Translations under genes and position numbers: made by a program
Source of the DNA: Gemmatimonadales bacterium
GTDB lineage: Bacteria > Gemmatimonadota > Gemmatimonadetes > Gemmatimonadales > GWC2-71-9
Direction: 5' to 3'
Assembly (NCBI GenBank): GCA_039917855.1
Contig: JBDSIR010000058.1
Span: 317-64,316, forward strand
DNA length: 64,000 nucleotides
Shown here: piece by piece, positions 35,655 through 44,548 of the stretch
Layout: every line of letters starts with the position of its first letter
Numbering within the stretch: position 1 is the first letter of the stretch
The notes under the pieces: generated by a model
Databases searched by the model: none
Told to the model about the DNA's origin: nothing
Seen by the model: only the letters and a program-made list of their open reading frames with translations

Positions 35655-35680
35655 CCCCCTCTCCCGCAAGGGAGAGGGGG
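35655..35680. repeat. C-tract/G-tract hairpin (CCCCCTCTCCC GCAA GGGAGAGGGGG)
   Basis: Perfect 11-bp stem between the fdhA stop (35723) and the SDR start (35643). The stem is identical to 34810-34835. Confidence 0.9.
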
Positions 35681-35722
35681 TCGGGGGGTGAGGTGAGGCG
35701 GGAGGGGTTGGGGGAGGGGTGG

Positions 35723-38671
35723 TCAGGCGTGCGCCGATGCCGGGGTGATGGCTTCGATCTTCACCGCCGAGACCTTGAACGACGCGATCTTGGCATACGG
35801 GTCGAGCTTCGGGTTGGTCAGGAGGTTCGCCGCCGCCTCGCGGAAGTGCATCGGGATGAAGATCTGTCCTTTGGCCTGCCGCTCCGAGATCCGGACGCCG
35901 ATGAGCATCGAGCCGCGCCGGGAGGTGACCCGCACCTCGTCCCCTTCGCTCACGCCGAGCGCCTTCGCGTCCTCGGCGTGCATGTCGACCACCGGGGTCG
36001 GTTCACGCGCATCGAGACCCTGCGAGCGCCGGGTCATCGTGCCGGTGTGCCAGTGGTACATCTGGCGGCCGGTGTTGAGGACGAAGGGATACTCCGCGTC
36101 GGGGAGCTCGTTCGGCGGGAGGTACTCGACCGGCACCAGAAGCGCCTTGCCGTCGGGAGTGGGAAAAGTGTCCTCGAAGAGGAAGGTCGTTCCCGGGTGG
36201 TCGGCGTGCGGCACCGGATACTGAAGCGAACCGAGCTTCTCGATCCGCGCGAAGCTGATCCCGCGATAGGTCGGCGTGACCCGGGCGATCTCATCCATCA
36301 CCGCGGCGGGACCGCTCCAGGAGGTCTTGAGGCCGAGTCGCTGCGACAGCTCCACGATGATGTGGAGGTCCTGGCGCGCCTGCCCGGGAAGTGGCACCGC
36401 CGGGCGCATCAGCTGGACGTGCCGGTCGGTATTGGCCGTCGTGCCGAGCTTCTCGGCGAAGGAGCTACCGGGGAAGACCACGTCGGCCCAGCGCGCCGTC
36501 TCCGTCAGGAAGAGATCGTGCACCGCCAGGAACTCGAGCCCCCGCACCCAATGCTCGGCGTGCGAGATGTTGGGATCCGAGAGCACCGGGTTCTCGCCGA
36601 AGACGTAGAGGCCCCGGATCGGGGAGCCATCGAGCACCATCTCGGTGACCATCATCCCCGACTTGAGCGACAGCGACTCTTCGGGCACGCCCCACGCCGC
36701 CGCGTACTCCTTGCGGTTGGCGGGGTCGGTCACCCTGCGGTAGTCGGTGTAGGCGAAGGGGATCGCCCCCATATCCGAGGCGCCTTGCACGTTGTTCTGC
36801 CCCCGGACCGGGAGCATCGCCGCGCCCCAGCGTCCCACCATCCCGCAGATGAGCATCAAATTGAGCAATGACGCCACGATATCGGTGCCGGTGGAGTGTT
36901 GCGTCAACCCCATCGCCCAGAGGGTCGAGGTGTTGGGCCCCTTGGCGTACATCTCGGCCGCGGCGGCGATGGTGGCCGCCGGGATCCCGGTGATCTGTTC
37001 GCCGAGCGCCAGGGTGTATGGTTGCACCGCGGCCTTCAGGGCCTCGAACTCCTTGGTGCGCGCCGCGATGAACTTCTTGTCCTCCAGCCCCTTCTCGATG
37101 ATGTGGCGCACCATCGCGTTGTACAGCACCACGTCGGTGCCGGGCATCATCTGCAGGTGGATATCGGCCAGCCCCGCCAGCTCGGTGCGCCGAACGTCGG
37201 CCACGATGAGCTTGGCCCCCTTGGCGACCGCGCGCTTGATGAGGGCGCCGAACACGGGGTGGGTCTCGGTGGTGTTGGCGCCCGAGATGAAGATGACGTC
37301 GCACGCCTCCTCGATCTCGCGCATCGAGCCCGAGGCGGCCGAGGTGCTGAGGGCGCGACTCATCGCGGCCACCGAGGTGCTGTGGCAGAGGCGGGTGCAG
37401 TGGTCGATGTTGTTGGTGCCGAAGGCGGCGCGCACCATCCGCATCATCGCGTAGTTCTCCTCGTTGCTGCACTTAGCCGAAGAGAGCGCCGCGAGCGACT
37501 CGGGACCGTGGGTGCGCCTGAGGCGGAGGATCTCCTGCGCGACGAGGCTCATCGCCTCTTCCCAAGTCGCTTCGCGGAAGGTGCTGTACCAGCTCTCGGG
37601 TGTGGCGACCCGGTCGCGCACGTCGTCCTCGCCCACCGCGATAGGGAGCCCCGTCTGGGGTGGCTTGCCGACCGCGCGCATCGGGGGGCGGGGCTTGGAC
37701 TGGCGTCCCTGCTCTTCGACCGTGTGCCACGGCCCGTCACGGTGCCGCGGCGATTCGCCGGTCCACTTCCACTCCCCGCCGTCGTGCACCCACCCCTTCC
37801 GGATCAAGGGATGGGTGAGCCGGTCACGGTGCTGGGGGAAGTCATACCCGAACCGGCCCTTCACGCAGGTGCTGCCCTGGTTCGGGGTGTTCTCCTCGAT
37901 CCAGGGGGAGGTGACCCGCACGATCTGGTCTCCCTTGGAGGCCACGTCGATCTGGCATCCGACCCCACAGTAGGGGCAGACCGTGCGGGTCACCTTGTCG
38001 GGGGTGCGGACCGCCTCCTCGCCGAAACGGGTGCGGGGGATGAACTCGAAAATGGCACCCGTCGGGCAGACCCGGACGCACTCGCCGCACCAGGTACAGC
38101 CGGCGTGGTCGGGATCTCCGTCGCCGCCGACGATGATGTGCGCCTGGCCCCCGCGGTCCCCCACGTCGAGCACGCCGACCTCCTGGATGTCCTCGCACGC
38201 GCGGACGCAGCGGGTGCAGAGGATGCAGTGGCTCATGTCGTGCTGGATCATCGGGTCGCCGGGGCGCTCGTCGCCCCCGCGGAGCGGCAGATCCCGGTGG
38301 GGGCGCGGGGTGACGCCGTATTCGACCACGTACTGCTCGAACTCGTTCTTGGAGTGCTCGCGACCACCATTGGAGAGATGTTCGCCCGGATAGCGCTCCA
38401 GGAGCATCTGGAGTACGCCCTTCCGGTTCTCCTTCGCCGCCTCCGAGTGGGTCTCGACCACCATCCCGTCGGCCGCCGCGGCGCCGCAGGAGGGCACCAG
38501 CTTCGGCTGCCCCTGCACCGACACGAGGCAGATCCGGCAATTGGCCACGTTCGGCAGCTTGGGATACCAGCAGAGCGTCGGAACGTCGACCTCGGCGGCA
38601 CGCGCGACATCGAGGATCGTCTGGCCGGGCGTGAATTCCCGCTTGGTGCCATTCAGCGTGATCGAAGGCAT
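35723..38671 (-). CDS. fdhA: formate dehydrogenase alpha subunit (NAD-linked/FdhF-like with N-terminal 2Fe-2S and 4Fe-4S domains), Cys type
   Basis: Track ORF trimmed to MPSITLNGTKREFTPGQTILD. Several Cys clusters, then a molybdopterin domain. The active-site context NNIDHCTRLCHSTSVAAM has Cys where Sec-type enzymes have U. Confidence 0.9.
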   Translation of the reverse strand: MPSITLNGTKREFTPGQTILDVARAAEVDVPTLCWYPKLPNVANCRICLVSVQGQPKLVPSCGAAAADGMVVETHSEAAKENRKGVLQMLLERYPGEHLSNGGREHSKNEFEQYVVEYGVTPRPHRDLPLRGGDERPGDPMIQHDMSHCILCTRCVRACEDIQEVGVLDVGDRGGQAHIIVGGDGDPDHAGCTWCGECVRVCPTGAIFEFIPRTRFGEEAVRTPDKVTRTVCPYCGVGCQIDVASKGDQIVRVTSPWIEENTPNQGSTCVKGRFGYDFPQHRDRLTHPLIRKGWVHDGGEWKWTGESPRHRDGPWHTVEEQGRQSKPRPPMRAVGKPPQTGLPIAVGEDDVRDRVATPESWYSTFREATWEEAMSLVAQEILRLRRTHGPESLAALSSAKCSNEENYAMMRMVRAAFGTNNIDHCTRLCHSTSVAAMSRALSTSAASGSMREIEEACDVIFISGANTTETHPVFGALIKRAVAKGAKLIVADVRRTELAGLADIHLQMMPGTDVVLYNAMVRHIIEKGLEDKKFIAARTKEFEALKAAVQPYTLALGEQITGIPAATIAAAAEMYAKGPNTSTLWAMGLTQHSTGTDIVASLLNLMLICGMVGRWGAAMLPVRGQNNVQGASDMGAIPFAYTDYRRVTDPANRKEYAAAWGVPEESLSLKSGMMVTEMVLDGSPIRGLYVFGENPVLSDPNISHAEHWVRGLEFLAVHDLFLTETARWADVVFPGSSFAEKLGTTANTDRHVQLMRPAVPLPGQARQDLHIIVELSQRLGLKTSWSGPAAVMDEIARVTPTYRGISFARIEKLGSLQYPVPHADHPGTTFLFEDTFPTPDGKALLVPVEYLPPNELPDAEYPFVLNTGRQMYHWHTGTMTRRSQGLDAREPTPVVDMHAEDAKALGVSEGDEVRVTSRRGSMLIGVRISERQAKGQIFIPMHFREAAANLLTNPKLDPYAKIASFKVSAVKIEAITPASAHA

Positions 38672-38848
38672 ACTGGAGCTTAGGGATGGGCCGGAGCTGG
38701 TGCAAGGAGGGCTCTGGGGACCTGCCATGACCGCGAGGGCAGGACCGGGTATTGCGCGCGACCGGGATATTTGAAATGTTTGGGGGAGTTGAGCGGAGCG
38801 AAGCAGGTCACGGGCCCGGCCGTCGCCGGGCTCGCCTGCTTGGTGACC

Positions 38849-38969
38849 GGGTAAGGGCAACGGCAAAGGCAAGGAGGCGAGAAAGCCGAACGTCAAAAGG
38901 GGACCCCGTTACGGAGTCCCCTTCATCATTGAGGCTTCGCGCCTCTTTACCCTTCCCCTTGCCCTTACC
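38849..38969. repeat. Oligomer-arm hairpin, inverted homologue of 1685-1809
   Basis: Left arm 38849-38879 (GGGTAAGGGCAACGGCAAAGGCAAGGAGGCG), right arm 38940-38969. The centre shares GAARGCCSAAYGTCRAARGGKGACCC with the reverse complement of the 1739-1776 centre, plus a ~22-nt insertion. Confidence 0.8.
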
Positions 38970-38972
38970 TGA

Positions 38973-39134
38973 TCAGTCCACCGGCATGTGATAATGCCAG
39001 TGATCCGCCGCGCCCTCACCATCATCCTCCACCCACATGTAGGCCCAGATTGAGACCGGCGCCTCGGCATCAGTGCCGGGCGTCACGATGATCCCCAGGG
39101 GCTCGTTCTCAGTGATAGCGGTCGTCGGTGCCAC
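38973..39134 (-). CDS. small acidic His/Trp-rich ORF (53 aa from GTG 39134; 66 aa if GTG 39173)
   Basis: AAGGAG (complement of 39140-39145) lies 5 nt before GTG. Peptide: VAPTTAITENEPLGIIVTPGTDAEAPVSIWAYMWVEDDGEGAADHWHYHMPVD. It has no Lys/Arg/Cys, 10 Asp/Glu, 3 His and 3 Trp. Preceded by a sigma-54-type promoter. Coding status unproven. Confidence 0.35.
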   Translation of the reverse strand: MAPTTAITENEPLGIIVTPGTDAEAPVSIWAYMWVEDDGEGAADHWHYHMPVD

Positions 39135-39184
39135 AGCTGCTCCTTGGTCAGGGAGGGAAAATGAACCCTCCACACCACCTCTAG

Positions 39185-39200
39185 AGCAGCAGCCGTGCCA
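39185..39200 (-). promoter_or_regulatory. sigma-54 (-24/-12) promoter candidate
   Basis: Minus strand reads TGGCACGGCTGCTGCT. That is TGGCACG + N4 + CTGC versus the consensus TGGCACG-N4-TTGC, with correct GG-N10-GC spacing. It lies about 50 nt upstream of GTG 39134, in a patch where I count 43 G+C in 39201-39300. Confidence 0.55.
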
Positions 39201-39237
39201 CGATTGAAAAGCTCATAACTACTGTTGCCACAATTGT

Positions 39238-40119
39238 TTAGTCGCGAGCATCAAGTAGCTTGTGTCTATCTGACTCGTTCAAGTTGTCGTCAGACTGACA
39301 CGGACGCTCGAGCAGCAGGTCCTCACTACCGGCCGAGCCCGATCGGCGGCGGGAGGAATGATGCTCCCGCATCCAGCCGTCGTAATAGTTCAGCAGCGTT
39401 GTGGCGGGGGACCCCTCCCTCGCCATGATGGCATGAGCTCCGCCCGGTCCGGTCTGGGTCTGCAGCGCCACCACCAGCCAGTCCCGCTCCGACGGGGTAA
39501 GCGAGCGGAGTGCGTCAGCGTCGATCATCACGAGGTGCGCCGGGCCATCGAGCGACGGGAGCCAACCATTGCCGAGCTGGACCACGTACGCCTCCACCGT
39601 CTCGCCCAGCGCCTCGGAGGCGAGCTGGAGCTCGAGCGCCTCGACCCGGGCCAGGTCGGCCGCGAGGAAGGTGACCTGCACATCGTAGGCGGCGAGGAGG
39701 CAGGCGGCCGCGCCGCACCCGGTCCCCACCAGCACCGCGCGGTCCCCCGGTTCGAGCCGGGGCAGGAGGCGCACCACCGGATGATAGGCGGCCAACCCCC
39801 AGCGGTTCGGCTCACGCTGCGATTCCCGGATGCTCTGGAAGTGGGTGCGCCACCGCTTGTACGACGGCAACTTGAGCCGCTTCATGATCAGCTTGTCCAC
39901 CGATTCGAGCACGAGCACTTCGGTGAGCACGAGCTGGCCTTCCAGCGCGCCGGTCATCTCGGCGGTGGCCTCGGCGGCGAGCTGCATCAATTCATTGCGG
40001 GACAGGGCGTGCTTGTAGGCCTCGATGCGCTGCATGAGGTACTGCTGATACTGCTGCTGCAGTGAGATCGGCGCCCGGCGGCGCGCCCGGCGGCCCGTGG
40101 CCTCGGCGGCGGTCAGCAT
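39238..40119 (-). CDS. hypothetical protein with class-I methyltransferase-like core
   Basis: AVLVGTGCGAAACLLA (motif I-like) followed by VTFLAAD. Overlaps the CDF gene by 7 nt. The last ~25 codons run through a low-GC regulatory-looking patch. Confidence 0.5.
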   Translation of the reverse strand: MLTAAEATGRRARRRAPISLQQQYQQYLMQRIEAYKHALSRNELMQLAAEATAEMTGALEGQLVLTEVLVLESVDKLIMKRLKLPSYKRWRTHFQSIRESQREPNRWGLAAYHPVVRLLPRLEPGDRAVLVGTGCGAAACLLAAYDVQVTFLAADLARVEALELQLASEALGETVEAYVVQLGNGWLPSLDGPAHLVMIDADALRSLTPSERDWLVVALQTQTGPGGAHAIMAREGSPATTLLNYYDGWMREHHSSRRRSGSAGSEDLLLERPCQSDDNLNESDRHKLLDARD

Positions 40120-40988
40120 GGCTCGACGTGCACCACGACGATGTGGAAGCCGAGGTCGCGCCGCAGCGCCTCCTCGACGGCCTCGGTGACGCGATGGGCG
40201 GAGCTGACGGTCACCGTCCCCGGAACGCTGATCGTGAGCTCGGCGAAGCGCTGATGTCCCGAGGAGCGCGACCGGATGGCGTACGCTTCCGCCACGCCGT
40301 CGACCCCCTTGGCCACCCGCTGGATCTCGTGCGAGTCGAGCGCCGCCTGGTCCATCAGGGTCGGCATCGCCTGCATCACCACCTGCCAGCCGATGCGCGC
40401 CACGAAGACCCCTACGACAAGGGTCAGCACCGGGTCGGCCCAGCCGTACCCTGCCGAGGTGAGGCCGAGTCCGACGAGCACCGCCATCGTGACGTAGACG
40501 TCGGACTGCGTGTGCGCGGCGTCAGCGATGAGGAGGTCGCTCTGCAGCGCCTTGCCTCGCCGCCGCTCGTACCACGCCACCCAGATGTTGATGACGAGCG
40601 TGAACACCAGGAGGGTCAGGTCGAGGGGGCGTACTGTGATCGGGTCGCCCCCGTGCAGCAGGCGGTCGAAGGCGCTGCGAAGGAGTTCGAAGAGGGTGAG
40701 CGAAAGGAACACCACGATGGCCAGGGCGCCGAGGGTCTCGAACTTGGCGTGGCCGTAGGGATGGTCGTCGTCGGGGCCGCGCGCGGCGAAGCGCACGACC
40801 GCGAGGCCGAGGATGTTGTTGATGCCGTCGACGGAGGAGTGCACTGCGTCGCCCAGGACCGAGAGGGAGCCGGTGGCGTACCCGATCAGGACCTTGATCG
40901 CCACGACGGCGAGGTTGGCCAGGAGCAGGGAGGCAAGGACGCGCCGGACAGCGCGTTCACGGGCTTGGGCTGGGGTGTCCAAGGACAT
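40113..40988 (-). CDS. cation diffusion facilitator family transporter
   Basis: Six predicted TMs. LGDAVHSSVD and ADAAHTQSDVYV metal-site motifs. Cytoplasmic C-terminal domain. Confidence 0.85.
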   Translation of the reverse strand: MSLDTPAQARERAVRRVLASLLLANLAVVAIKVLIGYATGSLSVLGDAVHSSVDGINNILGLAVVRFAARGPDDDHPYGHAKFETLGALAIVVFLSLTLFELLRSAFDRLLHGGDPITVRPLDLTLLVFTLVINIWVAWYERRRGKALQSDLLIADAAHTQSDVYVTMAVLVGLGLTSAGYGWADPVLTLVVGVFVARIGWQVVMQAMPTLMDQAALDSHEIQRVAKGVDGVAEAYAIRSRSSGHQRFAELTISVPGTVTVSSAHRVTEAVEEALRRDLGFHIVVVHVEPC

Positions 40989-41110
40989 TCCCCTAAAAGT
41001 CGGGGAGGACCCCCTGTATTGTCAATAAAGACAACAGGTTACAGGCGCTTAAGGCGCTCAGGCGTCTGACAGCGCTGAGCGCCTTTGGCGTCTCGAGCGC
41101 CTCTGGACTG

Positions 41111-42265
41111 CTACTGTGCCGTCAGCACCGCTCCCTTCAAATACCCCGTCTCCGGGATCGTCACGATCTCGGGATGATCCCGCCCCTGACCGAGCACCCG
41201 CTCGAGCGAGAGCCGCCGCCCGCTGTCGGATGCGGCGCCGGAGAGCATCTCCAGGAACAGCGGGAGCCGGACGTGGAAGGAGCAACTCGCGGTGACGAGG
41301 GTTCCGCCTGGTGCCAGGAGCCGCATGGCGCGAAGGTTGATCTCGTGGTAGCCGCGGAGCGCGCCCGCCACCGCGCTCTTGCTCTTGGCGAAGGCTGGGG
41401 GGTCGACCACGATGGTGTCGAACTTCCGCCCAGCGCGCTCCCAGCTCCGCACCAACTCGAACGCATCGGCCTCGACCCAGTCGATATTGCTGAGTCCGTT
41501 GAGTTCGGCGTTCTCCGTCCCGCGGACGAGCGCTTCCTTGCTCTGGTCCACCGCGACCACGCGTCCCGCTCGCTGGGCGAGGTGCATCGCGAAGGAGCCG
41601 TGATAGGCGAAGCAGTCGAGCGCGGTCCCTCCCTCGCGGGCCAGTGCCCCGGCGATGAAGCGACTCTCCCGCTGATCGAGAAACGCCCCGGTCTTCTGGC
41701 CGCTCCACGGCGCCGCGAGGAATCGCACGCTCCCTTCGCGCACCTCCACGCTCTCGGGCACGCCGCCGTGTACCAGCTCGACCGCCTCGGCCAACCCCTC
41801 GTGCTTGCGGACGCTGGCGTCGTTGCGGAGCAGGATCCCCTCCGGCTGGAGCACATCGACCAGCGCCGCGACGATTTCGTCGCGCATGGTCTCGAGTCCC
41901 GCCGAGAGGAGCTGGGCCACCACCCACCGGTCGTAGCGGTCGACGATGAGCGAGGGGATCCCATCTCCCTCGCCGTGGACCACCCGATACGCGTTCGCGT
42001 CGATCCCTTCGCGCCGGGCCAAGCAGGCTGCGATCTTGGCCCGCCACCACTCGGCGTCGACCGGCTGCTTGCTCGGCTCGAGCAGCCGTAGCCGGATCTC
42101 CGACTTGGGGCTCCAGAGCGCCTGGCCGAGGAACTTCCCGCGTCGGTCCTCGACGTGCACCAAGCCCGGCGTCTCGATCTCGCCGATGACATCGGTGCGA
42201 TAGATCCAGGGATGGCCTTCGACCCAGCGGGCGGCGCCCTTGGGGCTTACTCTCACAACGGACAT
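41111..42265 (-). CDS. class I SAM-dependent rRNA methyltransferase (RlmI-like, PUA N-terminus)
   Basis: MSVVRVSPKGAARWVEGHPWIY.., LDCFAYHGSFAMH, IVVDPPAFAKSK. An alternative TTG start lies at 42277. Confidence 0.75.
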   Translation of the reverse strand: MSVVRVSPKGAARWVEGHPWIYRTDVIGEIETPGLVHVEDRRGKFLGQALWSPKSEIRLRLLEPSKQPVDAEWWRAKIAACLARREGIDANAYRVVHGEGDGIPSLIVDRYDRWVVAQLLSAGLETMRDEIVAALVDVLQPEGILLRNDASVRKHEGLAEAVELVHGGVPESVEVREGSVRFLAAPWSGQKTGAFLDQRESRFIAGALAREGGTALDCFAYHGSFAMHLAQRAGRVVAVDQSKEALVRGTENAELNGLSNIDWVEADAFELVRSWERAGRKFDTIVVDPPAFAKSKSAVAGALRGYHEINLRAMRLLAPGGTLVTASCSFHVRLPLFLEMLSGAASDSGRRLSLERVLGQGRDHPEIVTIPETGYLKGAVLTAQ

Positions 42266-42279
42266 GTCGTTCCTCAAAT

Positions 42280-42360
42280 GTCATCCCGAGCGGAGCGAGG
42301 GATCTAGCTCGCGCATGACCGACCGGTGCATGGTAGATCCCTCGCTTCGCTCGGGATGAC
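42280..42360. repeat. AGCGAGGGAYCTA-family palindrome
   Basis: GTCATCCCGAGCGGAGCGAGGGATCTA / 27-nt loop / TAGATCCCTCGCTTCGCTCGGGATGAC, between the divergent rlmI-like and thiE genes. Confidence 0.9.
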
Positions 42361-42381
42361 CTTCGGGTCATATTCCAACCG

Positions 42382-42987
42382 ATGCCCAATCTAGCCGACC
42401 ACCTCCGATTGATGCTGATCCTCGACGTTCCCCTCCTCGGCGCCCGTGACCCGGTCTCGATCGCGGCCGCTGTGGTGCAGGGTGGCGTCACAAGCGTCCA
42501 GCTCCGGTGGAAGCACGGCCCCGACCGCGAACTGGTGGCCTTGGCCCGTCGGCTCCGCGAAACGCTCCCCGTCCCGGTCCTGGTCAACGACCGACTCGAC
42601 ATCGCCCTTGCCGCCGGATGTGCTGGCGTCCACCTCGGCGCGGACGACCTGCCGATCGCGCTGGCGCGACGCATTGCGCCGGCCGGTTTCCTGCTGGGCG
42701 CGAGTGTCGGCGACGAGAAGGAGGCGGCGGCAAGCACCGGCGCCGATTACGTCGGCATCGGGCCCTGGCGCGCCACGACGACCAAAGCCGACGCCGGCAT
42801 CGCGCTCGGTGGCGAGGGAGTGCGCCGGCTGCTCGCAATGGTCACGGTGCCCGCGGTCGTGATCGGCGGGGTGCAGTCTGACGATGTCAGCGAGATCCGA
42901 GGACTCGGTGCTGCGGGGGTGGCGGTGGCGGGGGGGATCCTCGGTGCAATGGATCCCCAGGCAGCGGCCAGGGCCTACAAGATGTGA
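42382..42987 (+). CDS. thiE: thiamine-phosphate synthase
   Basis: About 200-aa TIM-barrel pattern: LMLILD.., VQLRWK, VNDRLDIALAAGCAGVHLG, YVGIGP, VIGGV. Confidence 0.85.
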   Translation: MPNLADHLRLMLILDVPLLGARDPVSIAAAVVQGGVTSVQLRWKHGPDRELVALARRLRETLPVPVLVNDRLDIALAAGCAGVHLGADDLPIALARRIAPAGFLLGASVGDEKEAAASTGADYVGIGPWRATTTKADAGIALGGEGVRRLLAMVTVPAVVIGGVQSDDVSEIRGLGAAGVAVAGGILGAMDPQAAARAYKM

Positions 42988-42990
42988 AAA

Positions 42991-43091
42991 GCGAGGAATG
43001 CCCAAGGCGGGTCCAATGCGAGAAGGCGCGAACGAGGTCCCGACCCCATTCGCGCCTTCTCGCTTTCTCGCCAGCGTTCGGCATTCCTCGC
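42991..43091. repeat. Nested double palindrome between convergent thiE and mltG
   Basis: Outer GCGAGGAATGCC (42991-43002) / GGCATTCCTCGC (43080-43091). Inner perfect 15-bp GCGAGAAGGCGCGAA (43018-43032) / TTCGCGCCTTCTCGC (43049-43063). Confidence 0.85.
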
Positions 43092-43094
43092 GTT

Positions 43095-44078
43095 CTAGCG
43101 ACCGCGGATCCGTCGTATCGCTCGCAAATGTTCCCCATACGTCGTCGAGAACGCATGCCGCCCCCCGGTGTCCGCCACGAAGTACAGATACGGCACATCG
43201 GCGGGGAACACCGCGGCGCGGAGGCTCTTGATCCCTGGTGAGTTCACCGGTCCCGGCGGGAGGCCAGGGATGAGATACGTGTTATAGGGCGATCGGAACT
43301 CATAGTCCTTGAGGAAGAGCCGGGTCCGGTGCCGCCCGGTCTTGCGCCAGATCGCGTACACCACCGTCGGGTCGGCCTGAAGCGGCATGCCGAGTCGGAC
43401 GCGATTGTCGTACACCGCGGCGATGATGGGGCGCTCATCGTCGTGGCGGGCTTCGCCCTCCACGATGCTGGCGAGGATCACCGCCTGGTATCGGGTCAGC
43501 TTGCGCTGGGCGATCTCGGCGTCCCACGCCGGGTCCCAGCTGGCCACGAATTGCTGGGCCATCACCCGCACGAGTTCGCGGGCGGTGGTGGTGACCGGGA
43601 TGGTGTAGGTCTCGGGCAGGAGATAGCCCTCGAGGTCCTTCCCGGCGAGCCCGAGTTCGCGGAGGAGTGCGGTGTCGCGCGCGGCCACGAGGAATGAGTC
43701 GGTCGGCAGGCCGAGTTGTTCCGTCACCTCGTGCGCCACCTCGGGAAGGGTCAACCCTTCGGTCGAGGTGAATCGCTTCATCGCGACGCGGCCGTCGCGG
43801 AGCGAAGTGAGAAGGGTCCAAGCCGATTGACCACGCGGGAGGTCGTAGGTGCCGGCCTGGGTCGAGCGGTCGATGCCGCGGAGGCGGGCCAGCGAGCGGA
43901 ACCAGAGGGGGTGGGGGACGAGGCCGTGCGCCTCCAGGGAGTCGGTCACCTGGTGGAAGGTGGCCCCCGGTGCCACCACGATCCGTTCCCGTGGCGTGGT
44001 GGGGGACGGGCCGGCGCACCCCAACAGCAGCAGCGCGAGCGCTGCCACAACGGATCTCACGCGCCTTTCGCGCCTCAC
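43095..44078 (-). CDS. mltG: endolytic murein transglycosylase MltG (YceG-like)
   Basis: N-terminal anchor ALALLLLGCAG, ASIVEGEA catalytic Glu region, SPYNTYL..GLPPGPV. Confidence 0.85.
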   Translation of the reverse strand: MRRERRVRSVVAALALLLLGCAGPSPTTPRERIVVAPGATFHQVTDSLEAHGLVPHPLWFRSLARLRGIDRSTQAGTYDLPRGQSAWTLLTSLRDGRVAMKRFTSTEGLTLPEVAHEVTEQLGLPTDSFLVAARDTALLRELGLAGKDLEGYLLPETYTIPVTTTARELVRVMAQQFVASWDPAWDAEIAQRKLTRYQAVILASIVEGEARHDDERPIIAAVYDNRVRLGMPLQADPTVVYAIWRKTGRHRTRLFLKDYEFRSPYNTYLIPGLPPGPVNSPGIKSLRAAVFPADVPYLYFVADTGGRHAFSTTYGEHLRAIRRIRGR

Positions 44079-44548
44079 GCGCCTTGATTCCTTCTCATAT
44101 CCAGGAACCCTTGCAACAGGATGCTCGCGGCCAGGGAATCCACATCCTCCTTGCGACCGCGGGTCGAGCCTCCCTGTTCCTGGATCGCGCGGAGGGCGCG
44201 GACCGTCGTCATTCGCTCATCGACCAGCTCGACCGGGAGCTGGGAGCGTTCGCCCGCCTGCTCGGCCAGCTCGCGGGCGGCCGCAGCCGAATCTCCCTCG
44301 TTCCCCTCGAGGTCGATCGGCAGTCCGACGATGATCCCGACCGCTTCGGCCTCGGCGACGAGCTCGAGGAACCGGGGCATCGGAAAGCGTTTCCCCGCCC
44401 GGCGCGTGAGCGTCTCGAGCGGGGAAGCGAGGAGCTGCAACTCGTCGGACCGCGCCACCCCGAAGCGGATCCCGCCCCAGTCGAGTGCGAGGATCCTTCC
44501 GGCACGAGGGATGGCGGACATCGGAACAGGCGGGGCAAGCCCCGCCAC
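44075..44548 (-). CDS. ruvX: Holliday-junction-resolvase-like nuclease RuvX/YqgF
   Basis: RILALDWGGIRFGVARSD and VDERMTT motifs. Start overlaps the rho stop by one base (44548); its 3' end overlaps the mltG start by 4 nt. Confidence 0.85.
   Translation of the reverse strand: MAGLAPPVPMSAIPRAGRILALDWGGIRFGVARSDELQLLASPLETLTRRAGKRFPMPRFLELVAEAEAVGIIVGLPIDLEGNEGDSAAAARELAEQAGERSQLPVELVDERMTTVRALRAIQEQGGSTRGRKEDVDSLAASILLQGFLDMRRNQGA

Noticed and set aside
41053-41083. Intrinsic terminator between the rlmI-like and CDF genes (GGCGCTCAG / 13-nt loop / CTGAGCGCC) and a TTGACA box upstream of the CDF gene
   Set aside because: No U-tract follows the stem on the transcribed (minus) strand, and no convincing -10 element lies at the right distance from TTGACA. 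Reported only as an observation.
42278-42381. TPP riboswitch upstream of thiE
   Set aside because: The intergenic region is almost entirely the AGCGAGGGATCTA palindrome. I could not find the conserved CUGAGA / ACCUGAUCUGGAUAAUGCCAGCG-type thi-box elements.
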